Assembly: GCF_044647545.1 (NCBI RefSeq)
Contig: NZ_CP172818.1
Direction: 5' to 3' (one strand)
From: Escherichia coli
Lineage (GTDB): Bacteria; Pseudomonadota; Gammaproteobacteria; Enterobacterales; Enterobacteriaceae
Length of the DNA: 64,000 nt
The notes under the pieces were generated by a model. The model worked only from the letters and a program-made list of their open reading frames with translations, made no database searches and was not told where the DNA came from. Made by a program: the position numbers and the translations under genes. Shown piece by piece: positions 43,802-57,696 of this stretch. Position 1 is the stretch's first letter; each line of letters starts with the position of its first letter.

Positions 43802-45025
43802 ATGAAAAAAATCGCGCTTATTATCGGCAGCATGATTGCGGGCGGTATTATTTCTGCGGCAGGTTTTACCTGGTTTGCAAAGGCTGAACCGCCCGCAGAA
43901 AAAACGCCGACCGCAGAACGTAAAATCTTATTCTGGTACGACCCGATGTATCCCAATACGCGGTTCGATAAACCAGGTAAATCGCCGTTTATGGATATGG
44001 ATCTGGTGCCGAAATATGCCGATGAAGAGAGTTCTGCGTCTGGTGTACGCATTGACCCGACCCAGACGCAGAATCTGGGGGTGAAAACGGCGACCGTCAC
44101 GCGCGGGCCGCTGACTTTTGCCCAGAGTTTCCCGGCGAATGTCAGTTACAACGAGTATCAGTATGCCATTGTGCAGGCTCGCGCTGCCGGGTTTATCGAT
44201 AAGGTGTATCCGCTTACCGTGGGCGATAAAGTACAAAAGGGCACACCGCTTCTCGACCTGACCATTCCCGACTGGGTGGAAGCGCAGAGTGAGTATTTAC
44301 TGCTGCGCGAAACCGGCGGTACGGCGACCCAGACTGAAGGCATTCTTGAGCGGCTGAGACTGGCGGGAATGCCGGAGGCGGATATTCGCCGCCTGATCGC
44401 CACGCAAAAAATCCAGACTCGCTTTACGCTCAAAGCGCCCATTGATGGCGTGATCACCGCGTTTGATCTGCGCGCGGGAATGAATATCGCCAAAGATAAC
44501 GTGGTCGCGAAAATTCAGGGTATGGACCCGGTGTGGGTCACTGCTGCGATCCCGGAGTCCATCGCCTGGCTGGTGAAAGATGCCTCGCAGTTTACGCTCA
44601 CCGTTCCGGCGCGACCTGATAAAACACTCACCATTCGCAAATGGACGCTGCTACCCGGCGTGGATGCCGCGACCCGCACGCTGCAACTGCGTCTGGAAGT
44701 CGACAACGCCGACGAGGCGCTAAAACCGGGCATGAACGCCTGGTTGCAACTCAATACCGCCAGCGAACCGATGCTGCTCATTCCGTCACAGGCGCTGATT
44801 GATACCGGCAACGAACAGCGGGTGATTACCGTTGATGCTGACGGGCGCTTTGTACCGAAACGCGTTGCCGTTTTCCAGGCATCGCAAGGCGTCACCGCGT
44901 TACGCTCTGGTCTGGCGGAAGGTGAAAAGGTGGTTTCCAGCGGCCTGTTCCTGATTGATTCTGAAGCCAATATTTCTGGCGCACTGGAGCGGATGCGCTC
45001 TGAAAGTGCTACCCATGCGTATTGA
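43802..45025 (+). CDS. cusB: membrane fusion protein CusB
   Basis: 407-aa ORF; operon position. Confidence 0.9.
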   Translation: MKKIALIIGSMIAGGIISAAGFTWFAKAEPPAEKTPTAERKILFWYDPMYPNTRFDKPGKSPFMDMDLVPKYADEESSASGVRIDPTQTQNLGVKTATVTRGPLTFAQSFPANVSYNEYQYAIVQARAAGFIDKVYPLTVGDKVQKGTPLLDLTIPDWVEAQSEYLLLRETGGTATQTEGILERLRLAGMPEADIRRLIATQKIQTRFTLKAPIDGVITAFDLRAGMNIAKDNVVAKIQGMDPVWVTAAIPESIAWLVKDASQFTLTVPARPDKTLTIRKWTLLPGVDAATRTLQLRLEVDNADEALKPGMNAWLQLNTASEPMLLIPSQALIDTGNEQRVITVDADGRFVPKRVAVFQASQGVTALRSGLAEGEKVVSSGLFLIDSEANISGALERMRSESATHAY

Positions 45026-45036
45026 GGGAATAACCA

Positions 45037-48000
45037 ATGATTGAATGGATTATTCGTCGCTCGGTGGCGAACCGTTTTCTGGTGCTGATGGGCGCGTTGT
45101 TTCTGAGCATCTGGGGCACCTGGACCATCATTAACACGCCAGTGGATGCGCTGCCGGATCTCTCTGATGTACAGGTGATTATTAAAACCAGCTATCCCGG
45201 TCAGGCACCGCAAATCGTTGAAAATCAGGTGACTTATCCGCTAACCACCACCATGTTGTCGGTACCTGGCGCGAAGACAGTGCGCGGTTTCTCGCAGTTT
45301 GGCGACTCTTATGTGTATGTCATTTTTGAAGATGGCACCGATCCGTACTGGGCGCGCTCGCGGGTGCTGGAGTACCTCAATCAGGTACAGGGGAAGCTGC
45401 CTGCGGGAGTCAGCGCCGAGCTGGGGCCAGACGCCACGGGCGTTGGCTGGATCTATGAATATGCACTGGTAGATCGCAGCGGTAAGCACGATCTGGCCGA
45501 TTTACGCTCATTGCAGGACTGGTTTCTCAAATATGAGCTAAAAACCATCCCTGACGTTGCGGAAGTGGCGTCGGTGGGCGGTGTGGTGAAAGAGTATCAG
45601 GTGGTTATCGATCCTCAGCGCCTGGCGCAGTATGGCATCAGTCTCGCCGAAGTAAAAAGCGCGCTGGATGCTTCAAACCAGGAAGCGGGCGGTTCGTCGA
45701 TCGAACTGGCGGAAGCGGAATATATGGTGCGCGCCAGCGGATATCTGCAAACGCTCGACGACTTTAATCACATCGTTTTAAAAGCCAGTGAAAATGGCGT
45801 GCCCGTTTATCTGCGTGATGTTGCGAAGGTCCAGGTTGGCCCGGAGATGCGCCGGGGCATTACCGAACTGAACGGCGAAGGCGAAGTGGCGGGCGGGGTG
45901 GTGATCCTGCGTTCCGGCAAAAACGCCCGTGAAGTGATCGCTGCCGTGAAGGACAAACTGGAAACGCTGAAAAGCAGTCTGCCGGAAGGCGTGGAGATAG
46001 TTACAACATACGATCGCAGCCAGCTCATTGACCGCGCCATTGACAACCTCAGTGGCAAGTTGCTGGAAGAGTTTATTGTGGTGGCGGTAGTCTGTGCGCT
46101 GTTTCTCTGGCATGTGCGCTCGGCGCTGGTGGCGATTATTTCGTTGCCGCTGGGGTTGTGTATTGCTTTTATTGTCATGCACTTTCAGGGACTGAACGCC
46201 AATATTATGTCGCTGGGCGGTATTGCGATTGCCGTCGGGGCGATGGTCGATGCCGCTATCGTCATGATCGAGAATGCGCATAAACGGCTGGAAGAGTGGC
46301 AGCACCAGCATCCTGACGCCACGCTGGATAATAAAACGCGCTGGCAGGTGATTACCGATGCATCTGTTGAAGTGGGGCCGGCGCTGTTTATCAGTCTGCT
46401 GATTATCACGCTGTCGTTTATCCCGATCTTCACCCTGGAAGGGCAGGAAGGTCGTCTGTTTGGCCCGCTGGCGTTCACCAAAACCTATGCGATGGCGGGC
46501 GCGGCGCTACTGGCGATCGTAGTGATCCCGATCCTGATGGGCTACTGGATCCGTGGCAAAATTCCGCCGGAAAGCAGTAACCCGCTCAATCGCTTTTTGA
46601 TTCGTGTTTATCATCCGCTGTTGCTGAAAGTACTGCACTGGCCGAAAACCACGCTGTTGGTGGCAGCGCTTTCGGTGCTGACGGTACTCTGGCCGCTCAA
46701 TAAAGTTGGCGGGGAATTTTTACCGCAGATCAATGAAGGCGACTTGTTGTATATGCCATCGACGCTGCCGGGGATTTCCGCAGCAGAGGCGGCGAGCATG
46801 CTGCAAAAAACCGACAAGCTGATTATGAGCGTACCGGAAGTGGCGCGGGTATTTGGCAAAACCGGGAAAGCGGAAACCGCCACCGATTCAGCTCCACTGG
46901 AGATGGTAGAAACGACTATCCAGCTTAAGCCACAAGATCAGTGGCGGCCAGGCATGACGATGGACAAAATCATTGAGGAACTGGATAACACCGTGCGTCT
47001 GCCGGGGCTGGCGAATCTGTGGGTGCCGCCAATTCGTAACCGTATCGATATGCTCTCGACTGGCATTAAAAGCCCTATCGGCATTAAAGTTTCCGGCACT
47101 GTGCTGGCGGATATCGACACGATGGCGGAGCAAATTGAAGAAGTGGCGCGAACGGTGCCAGGCGTAGCTTCTGCTCTTGCCGAGCGGCTGGAAGGTGGGC
47201 GCTATATCAACGTTGAGATTAACCGTGAAAAAGCCGCGCGTTACGGTATGACGGTGGCGGATGTGCAATTGTTTGTGAAATCTGCGGTGGGCGGGGCGAT
47301 GGTTGGCGAAACGGTGGAAGGGATTGCCCGTTATCCAATTAATCTGCGTTATCCGCAAAGCTGGCGCGATAGCCCGCAGGCACTGCGCCAGTTGCCGATC
47401 CTCACGCCGATGAAGCAGCAAATCACCCTGGCAGACGTGGCCGACGTTAAAGTCTCTACCGGACCGTCGATGCTGAAAACCGAGAATGCGCGCCCGACGA
47501 GCTGGATTTATATCGATGCCCGCGATCGTGACATGGTGTCGGTGGTTCACGATCTGCAAAAAGCGATAGCTGAAAAAGTGCAGTTAAAACCGGGCACCAG
47601 CGTGGCATTCTCCGGGCAGTTCGAGCTACTGGAGCGCGCCAACCATAAGCTGAAACTGATGGTGCCGATGACGCTGATGATCATCTTCGTGCTGTTGTAC
47701 CTGGCGTTCCGTCGGGTGGGCGAAGCGTTGCTGATTATCAGCAGCGTACCGTTTGCGCTGGTGGGCGGCATCTGGTTGCTGTGGTGGATGGGCTTTCATC
47801 TTTCCGTGGCGACGGGCACCGGTTTTATTGCCCTTGCCGGGGTCGCCGCCGAATTTGGCGTGGTGATGCTGATGTATTTACGTCACGCCATAGAGGCCGA
47901 GCCGTCGTTGAATAATCCGCAAACATTCAGCGAGCAGAAGCTGGATGAGGCGTTGTATCACGGCGCGGTCCTGCGCGTGCGCCCGAAAGCGATGACGGTG

Positions 48001-48180
48001 GCGGTGATTATCGCTGGTCTGCTGCCGATTCTGTGGGGAACGGGAGCAGGTTCAGAGGTGATGAGCCGGATTGCCGCGCCGATGATTGGCGGCATGATCA
48101 CCGCGCCTTTGCTATCGCTGTTTATTATCCCGGCGGCGTATAAGCTGATGTGGCTGCACCGACATCGGGTACGGAAATAA
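45037..48180 (+). CDS. cusA: RND-family copper/silver efflux pump CusA
   Basis: 1047-aa ORF, 12-transmembrane RND architecture. Confidence 0.93.
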   Translation: MIEWIIRRSVANRFLVLMGALFLSIWGTWTIINTPVDALPDLSDVQVIIKTSYPGQAPQIVENQVTYPLTTTMLSVPGAKTVRGFSQFGDSYVYVIFEDGTDPYWARSRVLEYLNQVQGKLPAGVSAELGPDATGVGWIYEYALVDRSGKHDLADLRSLQDWFLKYELKTIPDVAEVASVGGVVKEYQVVIDPQRLAQYGISLAEVKSALDASNQEAGGSSIELAEAEYMVRASGYLQTLDDFNHIVLKASENGVPVYLRDVAKVQVGPEMRRGITELNGEGEVAGGVVILRSGKNAREVIAAVKDKLETLKSSLPEGVEIVTTYDRSQLIDRAIDNLSGKLLEEFIVVAVVCALFLWHVRSALVAIISLPLGLCIAFIVMHFQGLNANIMSLGGIAIAVGAMVDAAIVMIENAHKRLEEWQHQHPDATLDNKTRWQVITDASVEVGPALFISLLIITLSFIPIFTLEGQEGRLFGPLAFTKTYAMAGAALLAIVVIPILMGYWIRGKIPPESSNPLNRFLIRVYHPLLLKVLHWPKTTLLVAALSVLTVLWPLNKVGGEFLPQINEGDLLYMPSTLPGISAAEAASMLQKTDKLIMSVPEVARVFGKTGKAETATDSAPLEMVETTIQLKPQDQWRPGMTMDKIIEELDNTVRLPGLANLWVPPIRNRIDMLSTGIKSPIGIKVSGTVLADIDTMAEQIEEVARTVPGVASALAERLEGGRYINVEINREKAARYGMTVADVQLFVKSAVGGAMVGETVEGIARYPINLRYPQSWRDSPQALRQLPILTPMKQQITLADVADVKVSTGPSMLKTENARPTSWIYIDARDRDMVSVVHDLQKAIAEKVQLKPGTSVAFSGQFELLERANHKLKLMVPMTLMIIFVLLYLAFRRVGEALLIISSVPFALVGGIWLLWWMGFHLSVATGTGFIALAGVAAEFGVVMLMYLRHAIEAEPSLNNPQTFSEQKLDEALYHGAVLRVRPKAMTVAVIIAGLLPILWGTGAGSEVMSRIAAPMIGGMITAPLLSLFIIPAAYKLMWLHRHRVRK

Positions 48181-48281
48181 AAGCAGGATACCCCGTTTAA
48201 CCGTGTGGATTGTGTCTTGCGACGATGGGCACTAAATGTTAAAAGGTGCCCCTCAACAAAAAAGACACACAGGGGAAAGGC

Positions 48282-49658
48282 GTGAAAAACGCGTCAACCG
48301 TATCGGAAGATACTGCGTCGAATCAAGAGCCGACGCTTCATCGCGGATTACATAACCGTCATATTCAACTGATTGCGCTGGGTGGCGCAATTGGTACTGG
48401 TCTGTTTCTTGGCATTGGCCCGGCGATTCAGATGGCGGGTCCGGCTGTATTGCTGGGCTACGGCGTCGCCGGGATCATCGCTTTCCTGATTATGCGCCAG
48501 CTTGGCGAAATGGTGGTTGAGGAGCCGGTATCCGGTTCATTTGCCCACTTTGCCTATAAATACTGGGGACCGTTTGCGGGCTTCCTCTCTGGCTGGAACT
48601 ACTGGGTAATGTTCGTGCTGGTGGGAATGGCAGAGCTGACCGCTGCGGGCATCTATATGCAGTACTGGTTCCCGGATGTTCCAACGTGGATTTGGGCTGC
48701 CGCCTTCTTTATTATCATCAACGCCGTTAACCTGGTGAACGTGCGCTTATATGGCGAAACCGAGTTCTGGTTTGCGCTGATTAAAGTGCTGGCGATCATC
48801 GGTATGATCGGCTTTGGCCTGTGGCTGCTGTTTTCTGGGCACGGCGGCGAGAAAGCCAGTATCGATAACCTCTGGCGCTACGGTGGTTTTTTTGCCACCG
48901 GCTGGAATGGGCTGATTTTGTCGCTGGCGGTGATTATGTTCTCCTTCGGCGGGCTGGAGCTGATTGGGATTACTGCCGCTGAAGCGCGCGCTCCGGAAAA
49001 AAGCATCCCGAAAGCAGTGAATCAGGTGGTGTATCGCATCCTGCTGTTTTATATCGGTTCACTGGTGGTTTTACTGGCACTCTATCCGTGGGTGGAAGTG
49101 AAATCCAACAGTAGCCCGTTTGTGATGATTTTCCATAATCTCGACAGCAACGTGGTAGCCTCTGCGCTGAACTTCGTCATTCTGGTAGCATCATTATCGG
49201 TGTATAACAGCGGGGTTTACTCTAACAGCCGCATGCTGTTTGGCCTTTCTGTGCAGGGTAATGCGCCGAAGTTTTTGACTCGCGTCAGCCGTCGCGGTGT
49301 GCCGATTAACTCGCTGATGCTTTCCGGAGCGATCACTTCGCTGGTGGTGTTAATCAACTATCTGCTGCCGCAAAAAGCGTTTGGTCTGCTGATGGCGCTG
49401 GTGGTAGCAACGCTGCTGTTGAACTGGATTATGATCTGCCTGGCGCATCTTCGTTTTCGTGCTGCGATGCGACGTCAGGGACGTGAAACACAGTTTAAGG
49501 CGCTGCTTTATCCGTTCGGCAACTATCTCTGCATTGCCTTCCTCGGCATGATTTTGCTGCTGATGTGCACGATGGATGATATGCGCTTGTCAGCGATTCT
49601 GCTGCCGGTGTGGATTGTATTCCTGTTTGTAGCATTTAAAACGCTGCGTCGGAAATAA
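48282..49658 (+). CDS. pheP: phenylalanine-specific permease PheP (APC family)
   Basis: 458 aa from an apparent GTG start (VKNASTVSED...); ORF-track N-terminal extension rejected. Confidence 0.85.
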   Translation: MKNASTVSEDTASNQEPTLHRGLHNRHIQLIALGGAIGTGLFLGIGPAIQMAGPAVLLGYGVAGIIAFLIMRQLGEMVVEEPVSGSFAHFAYKYWGPFAGFLSGWNYWVMFVLVGMAELTAAGIYMQYWFPDVPTWIWAAAFFIIINAVNLVNVRLYGETEFWFALIKVLAIIGMIGFGLWLLFSGHGGEKASIDNLWRYGGFFATGWNGLILSLAVIMFSFGGLELIGITAAEARAPEKSIPKAVNQVVYRILLFYIGSLVVLLALYPWVEVKSNSSPFVMIFHNLDSNVVASALNFVILVASLSVYNSGVYSNSRMLFGLSVQGNAPKFLTRVSRRGVPINSLMLSGAITSLVVLINYLLPQKAFGLLMALVVATLLLNWIMICLAHLRFRAAMRRQGRETQFKALLYPFGNYLCIAFLGMILLLMCTMDDMRLSAILLPVWIVFLFVAFKTLRRK

Positions 49659-49689
49659 GGCATTCACGCTACATCCGACAAAACGATGT

Positions 49690-49723
49690 CCGCTCTCATC
49701 CATTCGATGAGAGCGGTTTTTTT
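49690..49723. terminator. bidirectional rho-independent terminator between convergent pheP and ybdG
   Basis: CCGCTCTCATC / GATGAGAGCGG stem followed by TTTTTTT. Confidence 0.7.
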
Positions 49724-49725
49724 AA

Positions 49726-51021
<1,296 letters not shown>

Positions 51022-51080
51022 TTATGCAAATCAGGAGAATCTGAGGGGAAATAGCCGGGCAGATGCCCGGCAAGAGAGAA

Positions 51081-51734
51081 TTACACTTCGGTTAAGGTGA
51101 TGTTTTGCGGCAGACGAGATTTCGGCAGCGTAGCGTTAAAATCTTCAACGCTGTGATGACCCACCGGAACAACTACCAGACTGGTGTAGCCTTTCTCTTT
51201 CAGACCAAATTCTGCATCGAGGATTGCGGCGTCAAAACCTTCGATGGGTACCGCGTCCAGACCCAGCGCCGCCACGCCGAGCAGGAAGTTGCCGACGTTG
51301 AGATAAACCTGTTTTGCCATCCACTCTGCATCATCATGCAGATCTTTACGGTGCATATCGGCGAAGAACTTGCGACCTTTATCGTTCGCGGCTTTCGCTT
51401 CCGGCGTGGCAAAGCGGCCATCGGCATCTTCCTGGTCAACAACCAGCTTCAGCCAGGCATCGTCCATCGCGGTTTTTGCACAGAACACCACGACGTGCGA
51501 GGCATCAAGCATTTTACGCTCGTTGAACACGTAATTACCGGCAGCGGATTTGGCAACACGCGCTTTACCTTCTTCCGTGCTGGCAACAATAAAATGCCAC
51601 GGCTGGGAGTTGGTGCTGGATGGGCTGTATTGCAGTAGCGTTTTTATCTGCTCGGCCTGTTCCGGGGTAAGTTTTTTGCTGGCATCAAATGCCTTAGTGG
51701 AATGACGCTTTAAGGCGACAGAAATGATATCCAT
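51081..51734 (-). CDS. nfsB: oxygen-insensitive NAD(P)H nitroreductase NfsB
   Basis: 217-aa [20 protein letters not shown]... Confidence 0.93.
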   Translation of the reverse strand: MDIISVALKRHSTKAFDASKKLTPEQAEQIKTLLQYSPSSTNSQPWHFIVASTEEGKARVAKSAAGNYVFNERKMLDASHVVVFCAKTAMDDAWLKLVVDQEDADGRFATPEAKAANDKGRKFFADMHRKDLHDDAEWMAKQVYLNVGNFLLGVAALGLDAVPIEGFDAAILDAEFGLKEKGYTSLVVVPVGHHSVEDFNATLPKSRLPQNITLTEV

Positions 51735-51812
51735 AAAGACTCCATGTGAAAGTAATTTTGCGTGCCAGCAGATTACAAGGATCGAGATGAAATGGTAAGC
51801 GAGAAAAATGCG

Positions 51813-52196
51813 CTATTGATTTACGGTTGAGTCAGGACGCACTCTTTTTTGATCGCGTTTAGCCAGACCATCAACCACCAGATTCCACGAATCGTTGATC
51901 AGATCGCGAAGTAACGCTTCGGAGATTTCCTCGCCGGGATACACCGAAATCCAGTGCTTTTTATTCATGTGATACCCTGGCTTGATGCTTGGGTATATTT
52001 GCTGATTTAGCAGGGATTTTTGTGGATCGGACTTCAGATTGATAAAGGGGACGCCGCGCAGCTCCGACGACAGCATAAAAATCTTGCCGCCAATTTTAAA
52101 AACATCGAACTCCGGGCCAAAAGGCCAGCAAAGCTCGACAAAGGGTAACTCAAGAGCCAGGCGTTTCGCCGTTTCGTGCAGTGATTGCTTATCCAT
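51813..52196 (-). CDS. ybdF: uncharacterised protein YbdF
   Basis: About 127 aa from [21 protein letters not shown]; start codon uncertain. Confidence 0.7.
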
Positions 52197-52260
52197 AAAC
52201 GTTCCTTTAGGCGAAGGAGAATAAGCAAAGTATGCCGCGAAGTTCGGCGATAATCGACGT

Positions 52261-52509
52261 TTAATCCGCCAGCGAGAACCAGCGTCGCCAGATAAAGCGC
52301 AGAACAAAATACTCAATAGCGCCCAGCACTAAAAACCACAGACAAAACAATAAAGTGTAAAGCTGGCTAAGATCCATCAGATGGAACGTGGTCACCAGTT
52401 TTTGTGCCAGCGTCAGCCCCAATGCGGGGGCGGGAAGCAGCAGGCAAGAGAGGAAAGCCATCAGCAAAATGCCTGCTGCGGTGGTCAAGGTTTCTAAAGG
52501 GTGTTTCAT
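52261..52509 (-). CDS. ybdJ: small membrane protein YbdJ
   Basis: 82-aa ORF with two hydrophobic segments. Confidence 0.7.
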
Positions 52510-52574
52510 AACATTGTTAAATGTAAGTTAAAACACCATTGTCAGGGATATTCTTCTGTAAGGCAATTCCCGGC

Positions 52575-53702
<1,128 letters not shown>

Positions 53703-54044
53703 TTATGTTGGCGTTTTCTATTCAGTATAGAAGTGGGAGCGACTGGGCGAGATGCGGAAGTTCTGGAATATTTCTTTTTTTGGTGATGGTGAACTGATTG
53801 TGAGTGAAGCAATTTAGCTACTTTTTCAATGTGGCAAGTTATGGCACAGCTGGCTGGTGGCGAAGAATTTTGACGATTGAGGCATGCAGAAAAAACGGGC
53901 TCAGCTTCAGTTGATCAAATGGGGAGTGAGAAGTCCGAAACAGGATTCACTGTATAAATAAACAGCTATTTTGCTGAGGAAGCGTAAGATAACGGCGGGT
54001 GCCTGAAGCTTTCCGGTTTCAGGTTAACTCTGAGGTCTGGAAAG

Positions 54045-54233
54045 ATGAAGCCCCAGGACGATATTTCTATCAACCCTGGGGCTGCCACTCCAAACCCGAA
54101 CAATTTGGATGGTAGTCCCTTCTTCGCATGGAGGCAATATAAACATGCTGACGAAATATGCCCTTGTGGCAGTCATAGTGCTGTGTTTAACGGTGCTGGG
54201 ATTTACGCTTCTGGTCGGCGACTCGCTGTGTGA
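54045..54233 (+). CDS. mokE: mok-like overlapping reading frame of the hok locus
   Basis: 62-aa ORF overlapping the hok start in another frame, as in hok/mok/sok loci. Confidence 0.35.
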   Translation: MKPQDDISINPGAATPNPNNLDGSPFFAWRQYKHADEICPCGSHSAVFNGAGIYASGRRLAV

Positions 54234-54297
54234 GTTTACGGTGAAGGAACGTAATATTGAGTTTAAGGCTGTTCTCGCTTACGAACCGAAGAAGTAG
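54145..54297 (+). CDS. hokE: Hok-family type I toxin (50 aa)
   Basis: [50 protein letters not shown]; single transmembrane helix; GC hairpin in 3' UTR. Confidence 0.85.
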   Translation: MLTKYALVAVIVLCLTVLGFTLLVGDSLCEFTVKERNIEFKAVLAYEPKK

Positions 54298-54418
54298 CCG
54301 TTGTGCGGGGAGCAATCCCCGCATATCCGGTTGTCAGGTCAGGATGGTAAGGCACCTGCTTTACACTTTCGCCCGTGGTCAGTGATGGCTGCGGGCGAAT
54401 CGTACCAGATGTTGTCAA

Positions 54419-55048
54419 TTAATCGTGTTGGCACAGCGTTATGACTATTTTTTCTTTTATCTGCCAGTGCACAGCAAACTGCTCATCCTCTAGTCGAATG
54501 ATGATCTGCTGTTTATTCCAGCTAATTATCTGATAATCCAGAAAACCTTGAGCGGCCTGTATCTTGCTTGCCTTAAATGCGCTTTCTTTGGCGGAAAATG
54601 CCAGTGTCAGCGCCAGAGAAAAGGTTAAACCGCATTCTGCGAGTCGCTCGTGTTCTGCTGGTGTAATAATGTTGTCTGTCAATTCTCTTGCGGTTTGTAC
54701 AGAGAAAATCTCTTCGATATCAATGCCAATCGGTTGACGAGATACCACGGCTAATGCCGTAGTCCCACAGTGACTAATGCTGCCGTATACCCCCGCAGGC
54801 CACACAGGTTGGCGTAGCTCGCCGATTGCGGGCACACATTTATAGCCATATTCCCGCAGCGCATAAACTGCAGCGATCCGTCCGGCTAAATGCTCTGTTT
54901 TACGTTTACGTCCAGCGTGTTGCAGTTGCGCGTAGTGTGGCAGCCAGAGTAAATCCTGCTCACAAAAACTCGCCGGATCAAACTCAACAAAATGCAGCGT
55001 ATGTCCTACAAAGGGGAGGGCGGTATGCGTAGTTTTCATGTCGACCAT
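54419..55048 (-). CDS. entD: enterobactin synthase 4'-phosphopantetheinyl transferase EntD
   Basis: 209 aa from MVDMKTTHTALPFVGHTLHF; ORF-track extension across the REP element rejected. Confidence 0.88.
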   Translation of the reverse strand: MVDMKTTHTALPFVGHTLHFVEFDPASFCEQDLLWLPHYAQLQHAGRKRKTEHLAGRIAAVYALREYGYKCVPAIGELRQPVWPAGVYGSISHCGTTALAVVSRQPIGIDIEEIFSVQTARELTDNIITPAEHERLAECGLTFSLALTLAFSAKESAFKASKIQAAQGFLDYQIISWNKQQIIIRLEDEQFAVHWQIKEKIVITLCQHD

Positions 55049-55076
55049 ATTAGAGACTGATGACAAACGCAAAACT

Positions 55077-55174
55077 GCCTGATGCGCTACGCTTATCAGG
55101 CCTACGTGGTCCTGCAATATATTGAATTGGCAAGATTTTTGTAGGCCGGATAAGGCGTTCACGCCGCATCCGGC
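55077..55174. repeat. REP/BIME-type repetitive extragenic palindromes between fepA and entD
   Basis: GCCTGATGCGCTACGCTTATCAGGCCTAC and GTAGGCCGGATAAGGCGTTCACGCCGCATCCGGC in inverted orientation. Confidence 0.8.
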
Positions 55175-55213
55175 ATGAACGACGCGCACTTTGTCAACAA
55201 TCTGACGTTAGCA

Positions 55214-57454
55214 TCAGAAGTGAGTGTTTACGCTCATATACCACGTACGTCCCGGCTCGTTATAGGTATACGCCCCGGCACCTGCGATATAGTTGGCTCC
55301 TGCCAGATCGCCCGTGGTCTGGGCATTACCCGCACGCCACAAACGTTTGTCGAACAGGTTGTCCACGCCGCCGGTCAGACTGACATTCTTCGTCACATCC
55401 CAGGTCGCGCTCAGGCCAACAATGCTGTACGGGCTGATTTCTTTGGTTTCCGGTCCAACCGCTGGCTGACCTTTATAGTTGTACTTCTTCGGCTGCTGCT
55501 TGCCGTACCAGGTGAAGGTTGTTTGCATCGACAAATCTTCCCGTGCCTGCCAGCTCAGCGTTGAGTTCAACGTATACTCCGGGATGATCGACAAACGGTC
55601 GCCCGTGGTTTTGTTTTCACTCTTCAGCATATAAGTGATGTTATTGGTCCACATCACCGTTTCGCTAACCGGTACGTTTAACGATCCTTCCAGACCTTCA
55701 ACCACCGCTTTCGGTACGTTATCCCACTGATAGAGATCGGTGCCGACTGCGTTTTGCCCTACAGCCACATAGCCCGCTTCAATCTTATTGCGATAATCGT
55801 TACGGAACCAGGTGACGCCCGCCAGCCAGCCGTCGCGTTTGAACTCCAGACCAATCTCTTTGTTGATGCTGGTTTCCGCTTTCAGGTCATCATTACCTTG
55901 CAGATAGCAGCCGCCCGCGCTGGCATAGCAACCCTGACCTTTACTGTAGAGAATGTAGTTCGGGTTAGTCTGGTACAGGCTCGGTGCTTTATAGGCGCGG
56001 GCAATGCCCATTTTCAGCGTGAAGTCATCGCCTAAACCTTGCGATATGTTCAGCGCCGGGCTCCAGTTATTGCCAACAATGCTGTGATGATCGAAACGCA
56101 GCCCCGGCGTTACGATGGTGCTGTCAGTCAGCTCCATATTGTTTTCGGCAAATAGCGAGAAAATTTCTGCTTTTGAATACGGGCTACGGTCGGTGGCACT
56201 CACACCATCAATAGCACCGCCAGTATTCGTCCCAGTGAGCGCCTGGGTGTTGGAACTTAAATCCTTCATCCGCTGCTGATTCCACTCCGTACCCAGCGTC
56301 AGCGTCTGGTTAACGAGGAAATCAATCGGCAGGTTAACTTCGCTGTGCAGCATCACGTCATCGAGATCGATATCGACGAAATCCTGTGTCGCTTTTTCGT
56401 TAAATTTCCCTTCGGTACCGCCCGCCAGACCTTCCGGAATACGCGAGTTACGGGTGTGTTCGTACTGCACCCAGTTGCTGGTGGTCACGCCGTTATCCCA
56501 GCCACCGTTCCAGGTCAGCGAGTAGTTCTGGCGATACAGGCGGTTGGTTTCATCGCCATATTTCGAGCGAGTGTAAGCGTCAGAGTTGGTGTTCTGAGTA
56601 TCACCCGCATACAGGTTACCCTGGCGGCTGTAGCCCGCTTCCAGTTCGAGTGATTGCAGAGGCGCGAAGTCCCAGCGCACTACGCCATTAATATCTTTGT
56701 TAATTACCCCTTCGCGCCCGGCTGGTAACGTCGTGGCATACGTTCCGGCACGCGCGGACTGATGGCCCTGGTTGATATCCCACGCGTCAGCCTGGGTTTT
56801 GTCGAGGTTGCCATACAAGCGGAAGCTGAATTCGTCGCCCAGCGGACCGGTCAGGCTGAAGTTGGTGCGTTTGGTGGCACCTTCCTCTTTATGTTCTGGC
56901 GCATTGAAATAAGCATCCCAGGAGCCGTGCCACTCACCGCTGCCTTTTTTGGTAATGATGTTAACCACGCCGCCCGCCGCGCCGTTGCCATAACGCGCAG
57001 CTGCCGGACCACGCAGAACTTCAATACGTTCAATCATTTCAGGTGGCACCCAGGAGGTATCACCACGGGTATCGCGCTCGCCACGCCAGCCCTGACGCAC
57101 TGAGTTACGGCTGCTTACCGGCTTGCCGTCAATCAAAATCAGCGTGTTTTCCGGACCCATGCCGCGAATATCAATCTGGCGGTTATTCCCACGCTGACCA
57201 CTGGTGGAGTTACCGGTCAGGTTAACGCCTGGCATGGTACGGATGATCTCCGACACATCACGGGCAACGGGGTTTTTGCGGATTTCATCTGCGGTGATGG
57301 TCGAAACGCCAGGCGCCTGCAAGTTCTGCTCGGCGGCGGTAACGACAATGGTATCGTCATGTGAAACAGGAGTATCGGTCGGCTCTTGTGCCTGTGCTAC
57401 CCCATAAATCCCCAGATTGACCAACAAGGCCAGGGAATGAATCTTCTTGTTCAT
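55214..57454 (-). CDS. fepA: TonB-dependent ferric enterobactin outer-membrane receptor FepA
   Basis: 746 aa from MNKKIHSLALLVNLGIYGVAQA; TonB box DTIVVTA; C-terminal aromatic residue. Confidence 0.94.
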   Translation of the reverse strand: MNKKIHSLALLVNLGIYGVAQAQEPTDTPVSHDDTIVVTAAEQNLQAPGVSTITADEIRKNPVARDVSEIIRTMPGVNLTGNSTSGQRGNNRQIDIRGMGPENTLILIDGKPVSSRNSVRQGWRGERDTRGDTSWVPPEMIERIEVLRGPAAARYGNGAAGGVVNIITKKGSGEWHGSWDAYFNAPEHKEEGATKRTNFSLTGPLGDEFSFRLYGNLDKTQADAWDINQGHQSARAGTYATTLPAGREGVINKDINGVVRWDFAPLQSLELEAGYSRQGNLYAGDTQNTNSDAYTRSKYGDETNRLYRQNYSLTWNGGWDNGVTTSNWVQYEHTRNSRIPEGLAGGTEGKFNEKATQDFVDIDLDDVMLHSEVNLPIDFLVNQTLTLGTEWNQQRMKDLSSNTQALTGTNTGGAIDGVSATDRSPYSKAEIFSLFAENNMELTDSTIVTPGLRFDHHSIVGNNWSPALNISQGLGDDFTLKMGIARAYKAPSLYQTNPNYILYSKGQGCYASAGGCYLQGNDDLKAETSINKEIGLEFKRDGWLAGVTWFRNDYRNKIEAGYVAVGQNAVGTDLYQWDNVPKAVVEGLEGSLNVPVSETVMWTNNITYMLKSENKTTGDRLSIIPEYTLNSTLSWQAREDLSMQTTFTWYGKQQPKKYNYKGQPAVGPETKEISPYSIVGLSATWDVTKNVSLTGGVDNLFDKRLWRAGNAQTTGDLAGANYIAGAGAYTYNEPGRTWYMSVNTHF

Positions 57455-57609
57455 TGTTTTATTCCTGCATTTTTGCCACGAATTGCAACTGTCGGGCATG
57501 GTCGTCATCAATACGACGCACCCCGCTACCGCGAAAACCTTTGATCCTGAAAGACACGCAGTGCAGTTGGTTAATTAATGTCCGCGCTTCCCACGGCGCG
57601 CCATTACGC

Positions 57610-57650
57610 TATTGCAAATGCAAATAGTTATCAATAATATTATCAATATA
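57610..57650. promoter_or_regulatory. Fur box-like AT-rich repeats in the divergent fepA-fes promoter region
   Basis: AATAGTTATCAATAATATTATCAATAT resembles overlapping GATAAT hexamer Fur sites. Confidence 0.55.
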
Positions 57651-57696
57651 TTTCTGCAATCAATGAAAAATTGCACAGTAAACATGGGGTTATGGT

